DNA of 50,342 nucleotides, from assembly GCF_001194135.2 (NCBI RefSeq), contig NC_068985.1, positions 28,295,260-28,345,601 of the forward strand. Direction: 5' to 3'. Positions 12,246 through 24,494 of the stretch are shown in pieces. Numbering within the stretch: the stretch's first letter is position 1; each line of letters starts with the position of its first letter. This stretch comes from Octopus bimaculoides (Eukaryota). Made by a program: the position numbers and the translations under genes. The notes under the pieces are model-generated. The model was not told the origin of the DNA. It ran no database searches and saw only the letters and a program-made list of their open reading frames with translations.

Positions 12246-13260
12246 CTGCGTACTTAAGAAGCTCGATTTGCAACCACGTGGTTTCGGGTTCGTTCCTACT
12301 CTATATGAGTAAGTGCCTTCTGCTACAGCCCCGGGTCGACCGATGCCTTGTGAGTGAATTTGGTACGCGGAAAATGGAGAAGCACGTCGTAAATGTTTGT
12401 GTGTGTGTGCTTGTGTTCACACCCACCACCCCTTGGCTACCAGTGTTGCTCTGTTTACGTTCACGTAAATTATCAGTTCGGCAAAACAGACCGATAAAAT
12501 AAGTAACTAACTTGAAGAACAATAAATACTAGGAGTCCAGTGACTGAAAGAAGTACCTCGGGCAAGTGTCTTCTCCTATAGCCACGGGCCGACCAAAGCC
12601 TTGTTAGTGGATTTGGTCGACGGAAACTGAAAGAAGCCTATCATATATATATATATATATATTTTAAAACTGAGATAATATTAATACATACATAAACTAA
12701 TATANNNNNNNNNNNNNNNNNNNNNNNNNNNNNNNNNNNNNNNNNNNNNNNNNNNNNNNNNNNNNNNNNNNNNNNNNNNNNNNNNNNNNNNNNNNNNNNN
12801 NNNNNNNNNNNNNNNNNNNNNNNNNNNNNNNNNNNNNNNNNNNNNNNNNNNNNNNNNNNNNNNNTATATATATATATATATCACACGCTGATATATGCCC
12901 TACGTTGGCCCCCTTATTCGCATAATCACCGAACCTGGAGCTTAAATGTGGTCTATCCATAGCACTTACTCATCATTACCTGAAACCTCTGGATCTAACT
13001 GACACCACTATCGCTCATAACCTATATATATAAATGTGTGTGTGTATCTTTCAGTGTCTGTGTTTGCCCCCCGCCCCGCCTCGCTTGACAACCGATGTTG
13101 GTGCGTTTATGTCCGCGTAACTTAGTGGTTCGGTGAAACAGACCGATAGATAGAATAAGTACTAGGCTTACAAACAATATATCCCGGGGTCGATTTGTTC
13201 GACTAAAGGCAGTGCTGCAGCATGGCCGCAGTCAAATGACTGAAACAAATAAAAGAATAT
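12245..13260 (+). mobile_element. Cluster of SINE family B pieces (old full copy, second head, tail at 13035-13260)
   Basis: Similar to the B head (gggccgaccaaagccttg…gacggaaactgaaagaagcc) and the B tail (gaccgatag…gtgctgcagcatggccgcagtcaaatgactgaaac). Confidence 0.7.
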
Positions 13261-13291
13261 ATATATATGTGTATATACATATATCTGTCTG

Positions 13292-13338
<47 letters not shown>

Positions 13339-13933
13339 CGGTTCCATGTTTTTGCCAGTTCACCGATCCGCTAGACACAACCGTCGGCCGCATTAACATT
13401 CATGATCTCATTGAACTGACTAAATCCGGCCACAAGTTGTTAGGGCTAAGTTTCCAGTCCGACGATAGCTTTTCTCTCTCCTTTCACGTATCTTGGAAAC
13501 ACCGACGAACATCACAGACACCCAAAATAAGTCTTTAATACGTGACAAAGGGCTATTCATTCTGAGCATTGCGTTTATGTCTATACGAGTGCGATTTTTT
13601 TTATTTTACTTATATATGTTCATTGTTTTGTGAATTACATGCTTGTTTATTTTTCTGTGTATGTATATGAGATTGTACGCAAACGAACATTTTTGATTTA
13701 TTGTGAGCATTTTATTATATATACATAAGGCAGGGCCACAATTGATCTTGTACAAAGAATAACGATCTTCATGAATAAGAGCAAGACTAGCTTGTTTATA
13801 TTTACATAATGCGTCGTTGTGTAATGATAATTTGTGCAGCAGTTGCACCAGATAGCCACGTGTGACAGTGTCATTCTATTATCGTATATCTGTGCATGTG
13901 TTTGTGTGAGTAGGTGCATATACTAGCATATAC

Positions 13934-13970
<37 letters not shown>

Positions 13971-14808
13971 NNNNNNNNNNNNNNNNNNNNNNNNNNNNNN
14001 NNNNNNNNNNNNNNNNNNNNNNNNNNNNNNNNNNNNNNNNNNNNNNNNNNNNNNNNNNNNNNNNNNNNNNNNNNNNNNNNNNNNNNNNNNNNNNNNNNNN
14101 NNNNNNNNNNNNNNNNNNNNNNNNNNNNNNNNNNNNNNNNNNNNNNNNNNNNNNNNNNNNNNNNNNNNNNNNNNNNNNNNNNNNNNNNNNNNNNNNNNNN
14201 NNNNNNNNNNNNNNNNNNNNNNNNNNNNNNNNNNNNNNNNNNNNNNNNNNNNNNNNNNNNNNNNNNNNNNNNNNNNNNNNNNNNNNNNNNNNNNNNNNNN
14301 NNNNNNNNNNNNNNNNNNNNNNNNNNNNNNNNNNNNNNNNNNNNNNNNNNNNNNNNNNNNNNNNNNNNNNNNNNNNNNNNNNNNNNNNNNNNNNNNNNNN
14401 NNNNNNNNNNNNNNNNNNNNNNNNNNNNNNNNNNNNNNNNNNNNNNNNNNNNNNNNNNNNNNNNNNNNNNNNNNNNNNNNNNNNNNNNNNNNNNNNNNNN
14501 NNNNNNNNNNNNNNNNNNNNNNNNNNNNNNNNNNNNNNNNNNNNNNNNNNNNNNNNNNNNNNNNNNNNNNNNNNNNNNNNNNNNNNNNNNNNNNNNNNNN
14601 NNNNNNNNNNNNNNNNNNNNNNNNNNNNNNNNNNNNNNNNNNNNNNNNNNNNNNNNNNNNNNNNNNNNNNNNNNNNNNNNNNNNNNNNNNNNNNNNNNNN
14701 NNNNNNNNNNNNNNNNNNNNNNNNNNNNNNNNNNNNNNNNNNNNNNNNNNNNNNNNNNNNNNNNNNNNNNNNNNNNNNNNNNNNNNNNNNNNNNNNNNNN
14801 NNNNNNNN

Positions 14809-14842
<34 letters not shown>

Positions 14843-14844
<2 letters not shown>

Positions 14845-15190
14845 GACGGGCTTCTTTTAGTTTCCGTCTACCAAATCCACTCACAAGTCTTTGATCGGTC
14901 CGAGGCATTAGTAGAAGACACTTGCCCGAGGTGCCACGCAGTGGGACTGAACCCGGCACCATGTGGTTGGTAAGCAAGCTACTTACCGCATCTATGTGTG
15001 TGTGCCTTTGTGACAAGCGGTGATAGTGTGTTTACACCACTGCAGCTTAACAGTTCGGATAAAAGGAGCCCGATGAAATAATTATTAGCCTTAAAAAATA
15101 AATCCTGAGGTCGAATCATTCAACTAATACTCTTCAAGGGGTGGTACTCCAGCATGGCCGCGATCAAATGACTGAAACAAATAAACGAAT
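14843..15190. mobile_element. SINE family B head (minus, 14843-14990) and an old B tail (plus, 15005-15190)
   Basis: Sequence similarity to the other B copies in the window. Confidence 0.75.
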
Positions 15191-15240
15191 AATTGAAAAT
15201 GTGTTTGTATGTATACATACACACACACATACACATATAT

Positions 15241-15760
15241 ATTCTTTTATACATTTCAGCCTTAATGCTGTGGCCATGCTGGAACATAGCCAGGGTAATC
15301 ACCTTTTCAATGATCAATCTTATGTGCTAGGCTTTTGCTGAAGAACGAATTCTGCTGCCCTCATATGAGTTTTCTGCTTTCATATAGGTTCATGCAGGAC
15401 CTTGAATAGTAGGAGGTCAAGTTGTTTCTTGAAAACATCTACCTCTACCCCACTCCATGAAGATCCCTCAGATATTTTGGTGTGACCTTAAATAGCTGTG
15501 GGCCCTTAAACTCCGGGTTATTGCAGTGTATGGTCCTCACTCTAGACGGGATAACTGGGACCTTTGGAACAGTGCAGTGACGTACATTTCCGGGGCTGGT
15601 ATAGATCTCGATACCAAATTTTGGTACCAGCCTCTCCAGGATCTTACATACGTATATCACTGCATACTCCTCCAGTCTTCGCTCCAGGGAGCAGAATCGT
15701 AGCTCTTTCAATCTCTCCCACTAGTTCAGCTGTTCCGTTGATGCAATCTTCCAAGTGTAG
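15241..15760 (-). mobile_element. CR1-like (Jockey group) LINE 3' end, 5'-truncated
   Basis: ORF 15445-15711 reads KELRFCSLERRLEEYAVIYVCKILERLVPKFGIEIYT…RHCTVPK…GPQLFK.TPK.LRDLHGV, followed by …DVFKKQLD. This is a typical CR1 ORF2 C-terminus. The 3'UTR ends at about 15241. Confidence 0.8.
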
Positions 15761-15763
15761 CGT

Positions 15764-15869
<106 letters not shown>

Positions 15870-15892
15870 GCAGATATAGATATGGCTATATA

Positions 15893-16190
15893 GGTGCAGG
15901 GGTGGTTTGTGGTAAGTAGCTTACTTACCAACCACATGGTTCCGGGTTCAGTCCCACTACGTGGCACCTTGGGTAAGTGTCTTCTACTATAGCCTCGGGC
16001 CGACCAAAGCCTTGTGAGTGGATTTGGTAGACGGAAACTGAAAGAAGCCCGTCGTATATATATATGTGTGTGTGTTTGTGTGTGCATGTTTGTGTGTCTA
16101 TGTTTGTCCCCCTAGCATTACTTGACATCCGATGCTAGTGTGTTTATGTCCTCGTCACCTAGCGGTTCGGCAAATGAGACCGATAGAATA
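15893..16190 (+). mobile_element. SINE family B: head, internal (TA/TG)n and partial tail
   Basis: ggtgcaggggtggtttgtggtaagtagcttacttaccaaccacatggttccgggttcagtcccac… (tRNA-like head plus CORE-like ggcaccttgggtaagtgtctt). Confidence 0.85.
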
Positions 16191-16209
16191 CACACATGCA
16201 CGCACACTC

Positions 16210-16244
<35 letters not shown>

Positions 16245-17134
16245 CCTAGACACATATATGTTTTTGTGTACATATGTGTACGCCTCTGTGTGTGTGTAGT
16301 GTGTGTGTGAAATGCATTCATATAAGATTCGTACTCAAAGTTTCACGCTGATGGTGGGGTGAAGTGATATTTCTTTACATAGAAAGACACAATATACTTA
16401 AACCAGTTACCACGATTGTTTGATATGTAGAATTAATATGTCCGCGGATGGTTAATGAATATGATACTGAAGAGGGAGCAAGAATTCCTGAAATATGCAT
16501 ATACACCAATTATTTTTCTATGTTCGATCGCAATGTTTACATAGACGTATTCGTATATGAAACGTCTTAACTTTCAATGCTGGCTCTAATTTCAGTAGAA
16601 AATCTGTAGAGATAACTTTGAAAAGGACTTATACAAAGATATAGACATAACCTAAATAATGTTTGAGACGGAGTGAAGTGCAGAGAGAGACAAGCACAGA
16701 CAAAAGCGACAGAGTAAAATAGTGAAGGAAAGCGTACCAGTTGAAACCATCCTTTGTCCTAAATCAGTTATTCGCAAACGATGTGCTGTAAGCAATATCT
16801 TGATACACTGATGATATAAAATATAATACATATATATAATTTAAAGCTTCGGAACACCCATACTAATTGCTGTTTGTCTTGAAAAACGTGTTGTTCACAG
16901 TTTTGTTATACACAGATTAACAAACTAAGGTAAACAAGAGGTTTTTGCATACATTTTTTTTTTCCTGAAGTTTTAACTTTCCATAGGAAGCGCACCAATA
17001 ACTTTTGTTTGATCTCTAATGCACCACACAATCAAAAAGATTAAAACCAGTGGCCTAAATTATTACTTTATTTTAATCTTATGTTACCTTTGTGCCAATG
17101 ATAAACAAAAGTCGGTCAGATTCTGATCTTTAGA

Positions 17135-17181
<47 letters not shown>

Positions 17182-17894
17182 GATATTTATTCATCTCTGC
17201 AACAGCTAAAACCTGTCATTTTGGGTGGCATGATATGTTTTTTCTCTTTGAAGATTTACTGTTTTCCATATTATTCGGTGGATTAGATGAAAACTATAGA
17301 TTATTAGCGGCACAACTTGAATATTAATACACGTTAATTTTACTGAAATTTTAATTACATTCATTGCACCAAAAATATTCTCTTGTTTTTTTTTTTTTTT
17401 ATTTACTCGTAACCGAAGTTATTTCGTTCGGTAAATTATGGCTGAGTATTCCTAATTATATATTTTCGTATAAATAACTATTTTTTGTTTACTAAGCTAA
17501 TTACATGTTATATGCACATGGTTATTTTTTTTTGCTGCTTTTGGTGTTGATAAAATTTAGATTTTATTATAGTTATCTAAATCTCGTCATCACTCCAAAT
17601 TTTGTCATAAAACAAAATGGGCTAAAAACAATTGCATAAACAAAGTATTTTAATGAAAAAAATAAAGCAATGACGTCAACAGCAACGGTAGCAACCTCTT
17701 CGGTTTAACCTTCAAAACACCCAACAGATAGACACTAGAATGCTTAACCATTGTTATACCATTGTCGTAAGGGAACTATCGTCTGAACTAATTCATAACA
17801 CTTGCAAAATTACATAACGATAGCAGCAGTACCAATGACCTCATTAGTACCAAACATTATGCTTGGACGCACATCGCCAAAGGTAAGTGCAGAA

Positions 17895-18790
17895 GGCCCA
17901 CTGACTTTTCTTCGTTGATTTTTTTTTCTCCTGTCACCATTGTTCCTGTCCCTTTAAAGCAATGCTGGTCACCTTGAATATGCCTGGTATCCAACACAAT
18001 GACGTATGCTGACTCGGTCCTTACGCGTATTAGTTATGTGAGATGCTCCTCATCGCTTCTAGTTTCCGCAATAGTGTCTTTAGAGTCAGTACATACAGAA
18101 GATTCGAGAGGGGAGAACTTCGACAGCCAGAGCACTTGGTGCTGTATGGTTCCAATAGGGGACTATTTACTCTCACCACCGAGCAGATGTCGCTGTATAT
18201 TGTGGCAATCCAACAGCAGAAGGCGGGAGCGAAGCTAGTTGCCATGAGAAAAGCTACTAGGTAATGGTGATCGACCCTTTCGAAAGCTTTTGACCGATCT
18301 AAGTTGATCAGGGCCCACCCAACCCCAGTTGCTCATGTATCGCATTAGGGTTTGTGGGTGAATTTGTTCAGAATAGCGTATATTTGCGCATCACCATTTT
18401 AAACTATAAGCACCAACATCTTTACTAACACCTAATCCAAAATTTTAAGATCTGCACTTAGCAGAGTTATGGGCCAAAAATTTTCTATTTGATCCTCCTT
18501 GTTTGGGCCTTTTTTCAACAACACCACAACTCCTCCATTGACATAATTTCGAATTCTGTTTTGCAACCATTGCGGTAGATATTTGTTAAGAGGTCTCCAA
18601 GCAAGCCTGACATGAAAGATAAGCTTGTAGAGCAGACCATCCAAACCAGGAGATTTGTACCCCGTATATCCAACAACCACTACTCATATTCCCGCGGTTG
18701 TTACCGGGTTTTCGTAACACTCTGCTTCTAATGCCGAAATTTGTTGCAAGCCGATGAGGTACGCATTGAAATCCGAAGTCTCCTGAACTT
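17895..18790 (-). mobile_element. Tx1/L1-clade LINE reverse transcriptase fragment, degenerate
   Basis: Minus-strand translation: KSPGLDGLLYK…GVVVLLKKGPNKEDQIENFWPITLLSADLKIL…ALINLDRSKAFERVDHHY…SVVRVN…PLSNLLYVLTL…SAYVIVLD…KINEEKSVGL. Confidence 0.8.
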
Positions 18791-19189
18791 TTCTGAAGTC
18801 TTCTGCTCTTGTGGGAATATTCGTTTTATTTTAAGATGCTGTATGTGTTGCAATGCTTGAATGATTTTTATGAGGTGGAATATTATTCGTTAATGTGATA
18901 TAGTTATTGTGCGTGATGAGTGTATTTTGATGTAGGTGTTAGTTTTCAATTATTTGTGTTTAAAGCTGTGTAGTTAATGATGTTGTTTTTGTTCTTGTTG
19001 AGGGATGTGCTCTGACTGTTGGTATGTGCATGAATTTGTTTGTGCGTCTGCTTATTATGATGGTGTCTGTGATAGTTTTGGTGTTAGTGGTGGTGATGGA
19101 GATGGTGTTGATGGATATAATGTTGTTGATAGGACTAGTGTAGCTGTTTGTACATCGTTACTTAAAAGCACCCCAACATTTCTTCATAT

Positions 19190-19433
19190 CGTCCAGTTTT
19201 TTTTCCTTCTTTTGATGGCATAATTTGGTTTCTTTTTACTCCATTTGTTACTGTTTGGCGTCTCGTGTCCTCCCTGTCTCTGTCTTCACGCGACATTCCT
19301 GTATGGTGAAAGTCGGGAAGGGAGCATGTGTTGCCGGGTGCTTTTGAAATATTGTTCTGTGGTTGACATATCTTTTGTTTGCTTGTGGTGTATTTTGTTG
19401 ATTTAAAGCAGCCGATTTTCACAGTTGTTGTTG

Positions 19434-19465
<32 letters not shown>

Positions 19466-20230
19466 GGCATGGTGGCGCTGCTGCTGCATCCATTCTTCTA
19501 TCTGGTACTCCACTCTATGCTGCTGCTGTTACTGCACGTCAACTATTTTTATTTTTACCTCTCTTAGGCCTAGGTAGATTTAGAGAGGATCAGTTCATCA
19601 TTCCTAAGAATTGTTATGGAGTACCTCCTCGCCTCATCCACTGTAAAGAATCTCACCTCTATTGTACCGAACTTTTCCCCTTGCCGACGTATGTCTTGAT
19701 GCTCCAGATTGGTCTGAGGCACTTTTCAATCTGCTGTTGTGTCACTTGCTCTATTTTCCTGTTTTTTTTTTTCTTTTCTCTTCCTTTCTAAGTAACTTTT
19801 TGTATTTTGCAGTTCTGCGGCTGGTTTGTTGCCAGGCGGATTCCGGAATGCTGAGTGCAACATTTCGCCCAGACCATGTAAAAATATTTTACACATATTT
19901 TTCAAATTCTTCCAACGCTGAACTAATTTCTTCTATTTGGCGAACCCGCCAACGCTAGATTCGTAGTTGAAGTGTTTTCATTATACGTACCTGCGTTAAT
20001 GATGTTGCTGACAGAAGCAGAAGAATGTGCAGGTGTGTTGAAAGGAGAGTTTTTTTTGTTTTTCTGTTCTATATTTTTTTCTTGTTTTCATTTCCCTTGA
20101 TGTTGCTTTTAATCTTTTCATTTACCCTGATGCCATTGCTGTTACTGCAGCTGTCGCTGTTGTTGTTGTTGTTGTTGTTCTCTCGGTCGACATTGGCGGA
20201 AGTAGTGGTGGGAGATATGTTGGGGATTTA
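19190..20230 (-). mobile_element. Probable ORF1 remnant of the same Tx1/L1-like element
   Basis: Broken minus-strand frames (KIEQVTQQQIEKCLRPIWSIKTYVGKG / KFGTIEVRFFTVDEARRYSITILRNDELIL) plus low-complexity N/T/P-rich stretches. Same strand as, and upstream of, the RT fragment. The assignment rests on recollection of such ORF1s. Confidence 0.4.
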
Positions 20231-21054
20231 GCTCTTATAATCTTTTGTTTCACTCCCTTAACAATCTGCAAAAACATTTGCCGATATGTTTACTTGTTAT
20301 TTTTCCTAAACGGGTAAATGGTACAAAGCATAAACATAAATTATGCACCGAAAGGGCAGAAAAAAAAAAAGCCCTTCACCAAACCAACCAGCCTCATATG
20401 ATACTGGTTGGCTCATTACCATGATGGTGTAACAAAAATCAAAGTAATTCTGTCAGCAACAAAATTCAACAATAACCATGAGCTCTAAATGGTCGTCAGT
20501 CCCTTGCAAACACAATAACAAAACGTCAACAATAATAATAGGACCAAATTTTGGTACTAAGTCAACAATTTTAGAGAGAGAGATTTAGTTCGAATACATT
20601 GATCCCCGTGTTTTATGAGTGCTTAAATTGACCTTGTTGTTATTTGATCTCACAATGTAAAGAGTCAGAAGAAATGCTACTAAGCATTTTGTCCCACATT
20701 CTAAGGATTCTGCCAGCTCGCCTTTTGGATGAATGGCTCTGTTCAAAGCATGCGCCTGAGGACAGGGGAACACCAGTTGAGAGAGGGTATCGTGCTTTCG
20801 TTGATAACCAGGGTAATTTTGGGTATGTGGGATTCCTTGATTGGCCCTATTTAGAGTTTCTCCTGTACCAGGAGGAATGCACAATTTTAGTTCTTACATA
20901 ATTTACACACTTTTGTATACTTTTATCGCATTTCGCCGCCCTTTCAACTTGTTTCTCTTCGTCTTTTATGCAAGCCCCCACACAAATTGTTGACTTTCCT
21001 TGTGATGTCACCCTCATATATGCCTTTGTGGCTAATAAAAGAAATCATTCTTTA

Positions 21055-21147
21055 TCAACAACAACGACGACAATGACGATGACGACGACGACGATGACAA
21101 TGATGATGATGATGATGATGATGACGACGACGATGACGATGGTGATA

Positions 21148-21209
<62 letters not shown>

Positions 21210-21215
21210 CAATAA
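21055..21215. repeat. (ACG/ATG)n(AAT)n microsatellite
   Basis: Direct reading. Confidence 0.95.
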
Positions 21216-21220
21216 GATAA

Positions 21221-21690
21221 GAAGCTCTCACGGCTTCCGATCTTAATTGATTGGAAGTGTTATCATGTACATTGTTTTGTCTTGGTATAAAAGATGGGCT
21301 ACAGCAAATATTCTGCTCAATACCACAGATTTGCTTGTCAGCTGTTTGACCTTAACCAGCTGAGCATGTCCCATGGTGGCTGACTATATGTGCATCTCTG
21401 ATCACGAACAGAAGTAGTGGGGGAGGCATCAGAGCCTTGTGTTGAGAGAAATTCTTTAGGGTTTGGATAATACACATCTGGAAACATGGGTGTTTCGGTC
21501 CTCATCCGTAAACAAGCCTTAGTCAGGTACCTTTTGGCCGGGAAGGGCTACTCGACCTGAAGAAAATTCTAAATAGGCCCCCACCTGCAAGGTCATGCGC
21601 TGTTTATCTTGATATGAGATCACCATGTCGCGCACATATGGTTGTGATGCTTGTGCCTGGTGTATATTCATCAGACGTGTAGTATTGAAG
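21221..21690. mobile_element. Unclassified interspersed repeat abutting an (AAT)n tract
   Basis: A complex non-coding segment starting directly after (AAT)n. It resembles a repeat I recall from octopus DNA but occurs once in this window. Confidence 0.4.
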
Positions 21691-21717
21691 AATCCTTCTG
21701 TTTAATGTAAAAGTAGT

Positions 21718-22280
21718 GGAGGCGCAATGGCCCAGTAGTTAGGGCAGCGGACTCACGGTCATAGGATCGCGGTTTCGATTCCCAGACCGGGCCTTGTGAG
21801 TGTTTATTGAGCGAAAACGCCTAAAGCCCCACGAGGCTCCGGCAGTGGGTGGTAGCGAACCCTGCTGTACTCTTTCACCACAAGTTTCTCTCACTCTTTC
21901 TTCCTGTTTCTGTTGTGCCAGTAATTCAAAGGGTCAGCCTTGTCACACTATGTCACGCTGAATATCCCCGAGAACTACGTTAAGGGTACACGTNNNNNNN
22001 NNNGGGCCTTGTGAGTGTTTATTGAGCGAAAACGCCTAAAGCCCCACGAGGCTCCGGCAGTGGGTGGTAGCGAACCCTGCTGTACTCTTTCACCACAAGT
22101 TTCTCTCACTCTTTCTTCCTGTTTCTGTTGTGCCAGTAATTCAAAGGGTCAGCCTTGTCACACTATGTCACGCTGAATATCCCCGAGAACTACGTTAAGG
22201 GTACACGTTTCTGTGGAGTGCTCAGCCACTTGCACGTTAATTTCCCGAGCAGGTTGTTCCGTTGATCGGATCAACTGGAA
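21718..22280 (+). mobile_element. SINE family A1, with an internal duplication across a 10-N gap (assembly artefact)
   Basis: ggaggcgcaatggcccagtagttagggcagcggactcacggtc…ggtttcgattcccagacc. Sequence after the gap at 21994-22003 repeats 21788-21993 exactly. Confidence 0.9.
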
Positions 22281-22805
22281 CAAGTGTCTTTATTACAACT
22301 CGACTTCAAAACAAACATTAATACAGACATCTTTAAGGCAGTAGAATCTTCTCTAAGTCATACTGAATAGTCTTCAAGAAAAAAAAAGTTGGGCAATGTA
22401 AACCGCAATAAACAAAATAGTGAGATTGTCATGGATGGAACAATTTTGATCGTAGATCTAGTTGATCAAGGTTGAGCAAACAGCACATTAACATCAACAT
22501 ATGCTTGCTTATACGATGCATAATTATAGGTTCTGATCATCATTTTATTACAATATTTCATATATGGACACAACTACAATATTGAACTCATCTATATTTT
22601 ACACCACATATTATCCTTGTAGTCTTTTCTCAGTGTGTGTGTGTGTCTAATGTAACTCTACAGTCTAAATAGATAGCCTCACTTATGTTATCACGCTAGC
22701 TTATTTAACTGTTCAGACTCTAAAATGTGATACAATAATTGTTTATGTAGAGAGATTTATTTATTTGATAAGAATCATGTAACATCGGAAACTTGAAAGG
22801 AAGTG

Positions 22806-22899
22806 GAAAAGGAACGAAACGAAAAGGGAACGAAGTGAAAAGGAACGAAGTGAAAAGGAACGAAGTGAAAAGGAACGAAGTGAAAAGGAACGAAGTGAA
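22806..22899. repeat. 15-bp minisatellite (gaaaaggaacgaagt), about 6 units
   Basis: Direct reading. Confidence 0.9.
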
Positions 22900-23057
22900 T
22901 AGAATGAAAATTAGGTTGAAATGAACGAATCTGCGGTGCTTTTAATAGGCTACGGGAAATAACTCTGATCTGCTTAATATTGAGTTATTGCCCCTTACAA
23001 ATTCTTCCTGCTAATGTATTTCTTAAGCCAAATGTGTAATGCCCCTTGTCACCTGAG

Positions 23058-23112
<55 letters not shown>

Positions 23113-23294
23113 GTTTAAGAATAATTAATTTNNNNNNNNNNTATATATATATATATATATTAATCGCCAACTTAACGTGGAGGTTGTGTTTTTTGCCTGA
23201 GTGATTGTGTGCGTGCGTGTGTATAAGCCTGTGTAAATGCCATGGTGTACCCGAGCCATCACACATTTCCTGAAGCGAGAAGCATTTGTGGAGG

Positions 23295-23439
23295 ATCTAG
23301 TCGATTACATCAAATTATCTTATCGATCCCGAAAGGATGACAAGCAAAGTCGACCTCGGCGAAATTTGAACTCACGACGGCGAAATGCCGCTAAGCATTA
23401 TCACTCGGCGTGCTAACGGTTCTTCTAGTTCACCGCCCT
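23295..23439 (-). mobile_element. SINE family C, degenerate
   Basis: gtcgacctcggcgaaatttgaactc…cgtgctaacgg…agttcaccgccc. Confidence 0.7.
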
Positions 23440-23440
23440 A

Positions 23441-23718
23441 ATAATGGCAGAGTTGATACCAGAGAAATTTTAAATGATGGAGAAATATCAGGATCTAGCC
23501 AGACAGCTGAGGAGTTTGGGATAGACCAAGGTAACAATTATTCCTGTAGTGAAATTGGTGCAACACCCAAATTACTACTTAAAAGAAATTGGAATTGAAA
23601 CTCGATTTGTCAACTTCCAGAAAAGTACCATCCTATATTATGAAAGAATCCTAAAAGAGATTCTTGAGATTTGAGGAGACTTGTCTGAACTTCTGAACTA
23701 ACAGGCACTGGCGTAATA
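23441..23718 (+). mobile_element. R4/Dong-clade non-LTR retrotransposon 3' fragment B
   Basis: GRVDTREI/…MEKYQDLARQLRSLG*TKVTIIPVV…LKEIGIETRFVNFQKSTILYYERILKEILEI* (stop 23672-23674). A short 3'UTR ends …gcactggcg|taata. Confidence 0.75.
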
Positions 23719-23920
23719 GTCCTTTCTACTATAAGCACATAACCTGCAATTTTGGGGGATGGGTTACATCGATTACATTGAGCCCAGTACTTTGTTGATA
23801 CTTAATTTATCGACTCCGAAAAGATGAGAGGCAGAGTCGAACACGGTGGAATTCGAACGTAACGAAATACCTCTTAGTATTTCGCCCGGAGTGCTAACGA
23901 TTCTGTCAATTCACCGCTTT
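23719..23920 (-). mobile_element. SINE family C (tail type 2) with 14-bp TSD
   Basis: gcactggcgtaata (23705-23718) versus gcacttgcgtaata (23921-23934), one mismatch. Confidence 0.8.
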
Positions 23921-23928
23921 GCACTTGC

Positions 23929-23981
<53 letters not shown>

Positions 23982-23983
<2 letters not shown>

Positions 23984-24366
23984 AGAAAAAAAATGCTTTC
24001 TAATTGATGTATCAATACCAGCAGATGACAACGTTTCCTTAAAAGAAATGGAGAAACTTTCAAAATACAAAGACCTGGAAATAGAGGTAACTCGAATGTG
24101 GAATCTAAAAACAGAAACAATTCCTATCATAATAGACACATTATGTATGTTAAAAAAATATTCAGACAAATACATAACAAAAACACTAGGACTTACAAAT
24201 ATATATAACATACAGAAAATTGCACTACTGGGCACTGCACACATCCTACGCAAAACACTTTCAATACAGTAACCATAAGAGCATCACAGCAAACCACAGC
24301 ACATACCCAAGGCACACAGAGCTGCGCTCGGTAGTGAAGTGAAAGCACGTTATAAAAATAAAACTA

Positions 24367-24370
<4 letters not shown>
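23982..24370 (+). mobile_element. R4/Dong-clade non-LTR retrotransposon 3' fragment C, inserted in (TAA)n
   Basis: Uninterrupted frame CFLIDVSIPADDNVSLKEMEKLSKYKDLEIEVTRMWNLKTETIPII…IQKIALLGTAHILRKTLSIQ* (stop 24270-24272), then a ~100 bp 3'UTR. (AAT)n flanks both sides (23930-23981 and 24370-24435). Confidence 0.85.
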
Positions 24371-24435
<65 letters not shown>

Positions 24436-24436
<1 letters not shown>

Positions 24437-24494
24437 CGCGCAGAGCTGCGCTCGGTAGTGAAATGAAAGCACGTTATAAAAATAAAACTACTGA
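24436..24494 (+). mobile_element. Extremely 5'-truncated second copy of fragment C's 3'UTR
   Basis: cagagctgcgctcggtagtgaaatgaaagcacgttataaaaataaaactactga repeats the end of 23982-24370 and is followed by (AAT)n. Confidence 0.85.

Noticed and set aside
21788-22210. Apparent ~200 bp exact tandem duplication inside SINE A1
   Set aside because: Identical sequence either side of a 10-N gap indicates an unmerged contig overlap. The same pattern occurs at 8951-8960 and 42994-43003.
22806-22899. 15-bp minisatellite as a functional array
   Set aside because: It looks like ordinary slippage-derived tandem repeat with no associated features.
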